Assembly: GCA_951406725.2 (NCBI GenBank)
Contig: OX597817.1
Coordinates: forward strand, 122,202,001 to 122,266,000
Origin: Octopus vulgaris
Taxonomy: Eukaryota
Length of the DNA stretch: 64,000 bases
Direction of reading: 5' to 3'
A model generated the notes under the pieces. The model made no database searches. It was not told the DNA's origin and worked only from the letters and a program-made list of their open reading frames with translations. A program made the position numbers and the translations under genes. Numbering within the stretch: the first letter of the stretch is position 1; every line of letters begins with the position of its first letter. Of the stretch, positions 63,881 to 64,000 are shown in pieces.

Positions 63881-64000
63881 CATATTTCCTAGAAATAGGC
63901 AAATACAGAATGATATAAGTGCAACTATAGCGATAAATTAAATGTCCTCAGTAGATTTAAGTAATCCATGTATGATCACATCAATATGTTATCATCAAGT

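Noticed and set aside
63690-63902. Apparent terminal exon on the minus strand (TTTCTAG acceptor, ORF ending GCF-TGA-TAG, suggestive of a C-terminal selenocysteine)
   Set aside because: Another frame reads IESSQLQYHRHVVRMSQE..AKPTGRR and the region is homologous to the RTE LINE end at 27562-27745; no convincing SECIS hairpin downstream

Overview
AT-rich, microsatellite-dense eukaryotic non-coding DNA. The SINE families and the repeat landscape point to an octopus/coleoid cephalopod genome (inference). I find no intact protein-coding gene: nearly all listed ORFs are translations of (TA)n/(CA)n/(CATA)n/(ATT)n repeats or SINE consensus. The window is a transposon graveyard. It holds three or more abundant tRNA-derived SINE families; LINE relics (RLE/R4-Dong-like, RTE, CR1, CR1/L2-group); DNA transposon relics (mariner, rosa/DUF4817 Tc1-mariner, Merlin, hAT, piggyBac); and non-autonomous Helitrons. 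Most interesting: (i) several unrelated short repeats carrying minimal hammerhead-ribozyme cores of the Penelope type, including a tRNA-headed (Pol III) hammerhead element present as two near-identical direct copies 1.64 kb apart; (ii) RLE-LINE 3' ends sitting tail-to-tail in the (ATT)n tails of SINEs; (iii) local inverted and direct duplications of unique DNA; (iv) a roughly 10-fold CpG decline from left to right. A few isolated splice-site-bounded microexon candidates are listed at low confidence. Coordinates were read by hand and may be off by a few bases.
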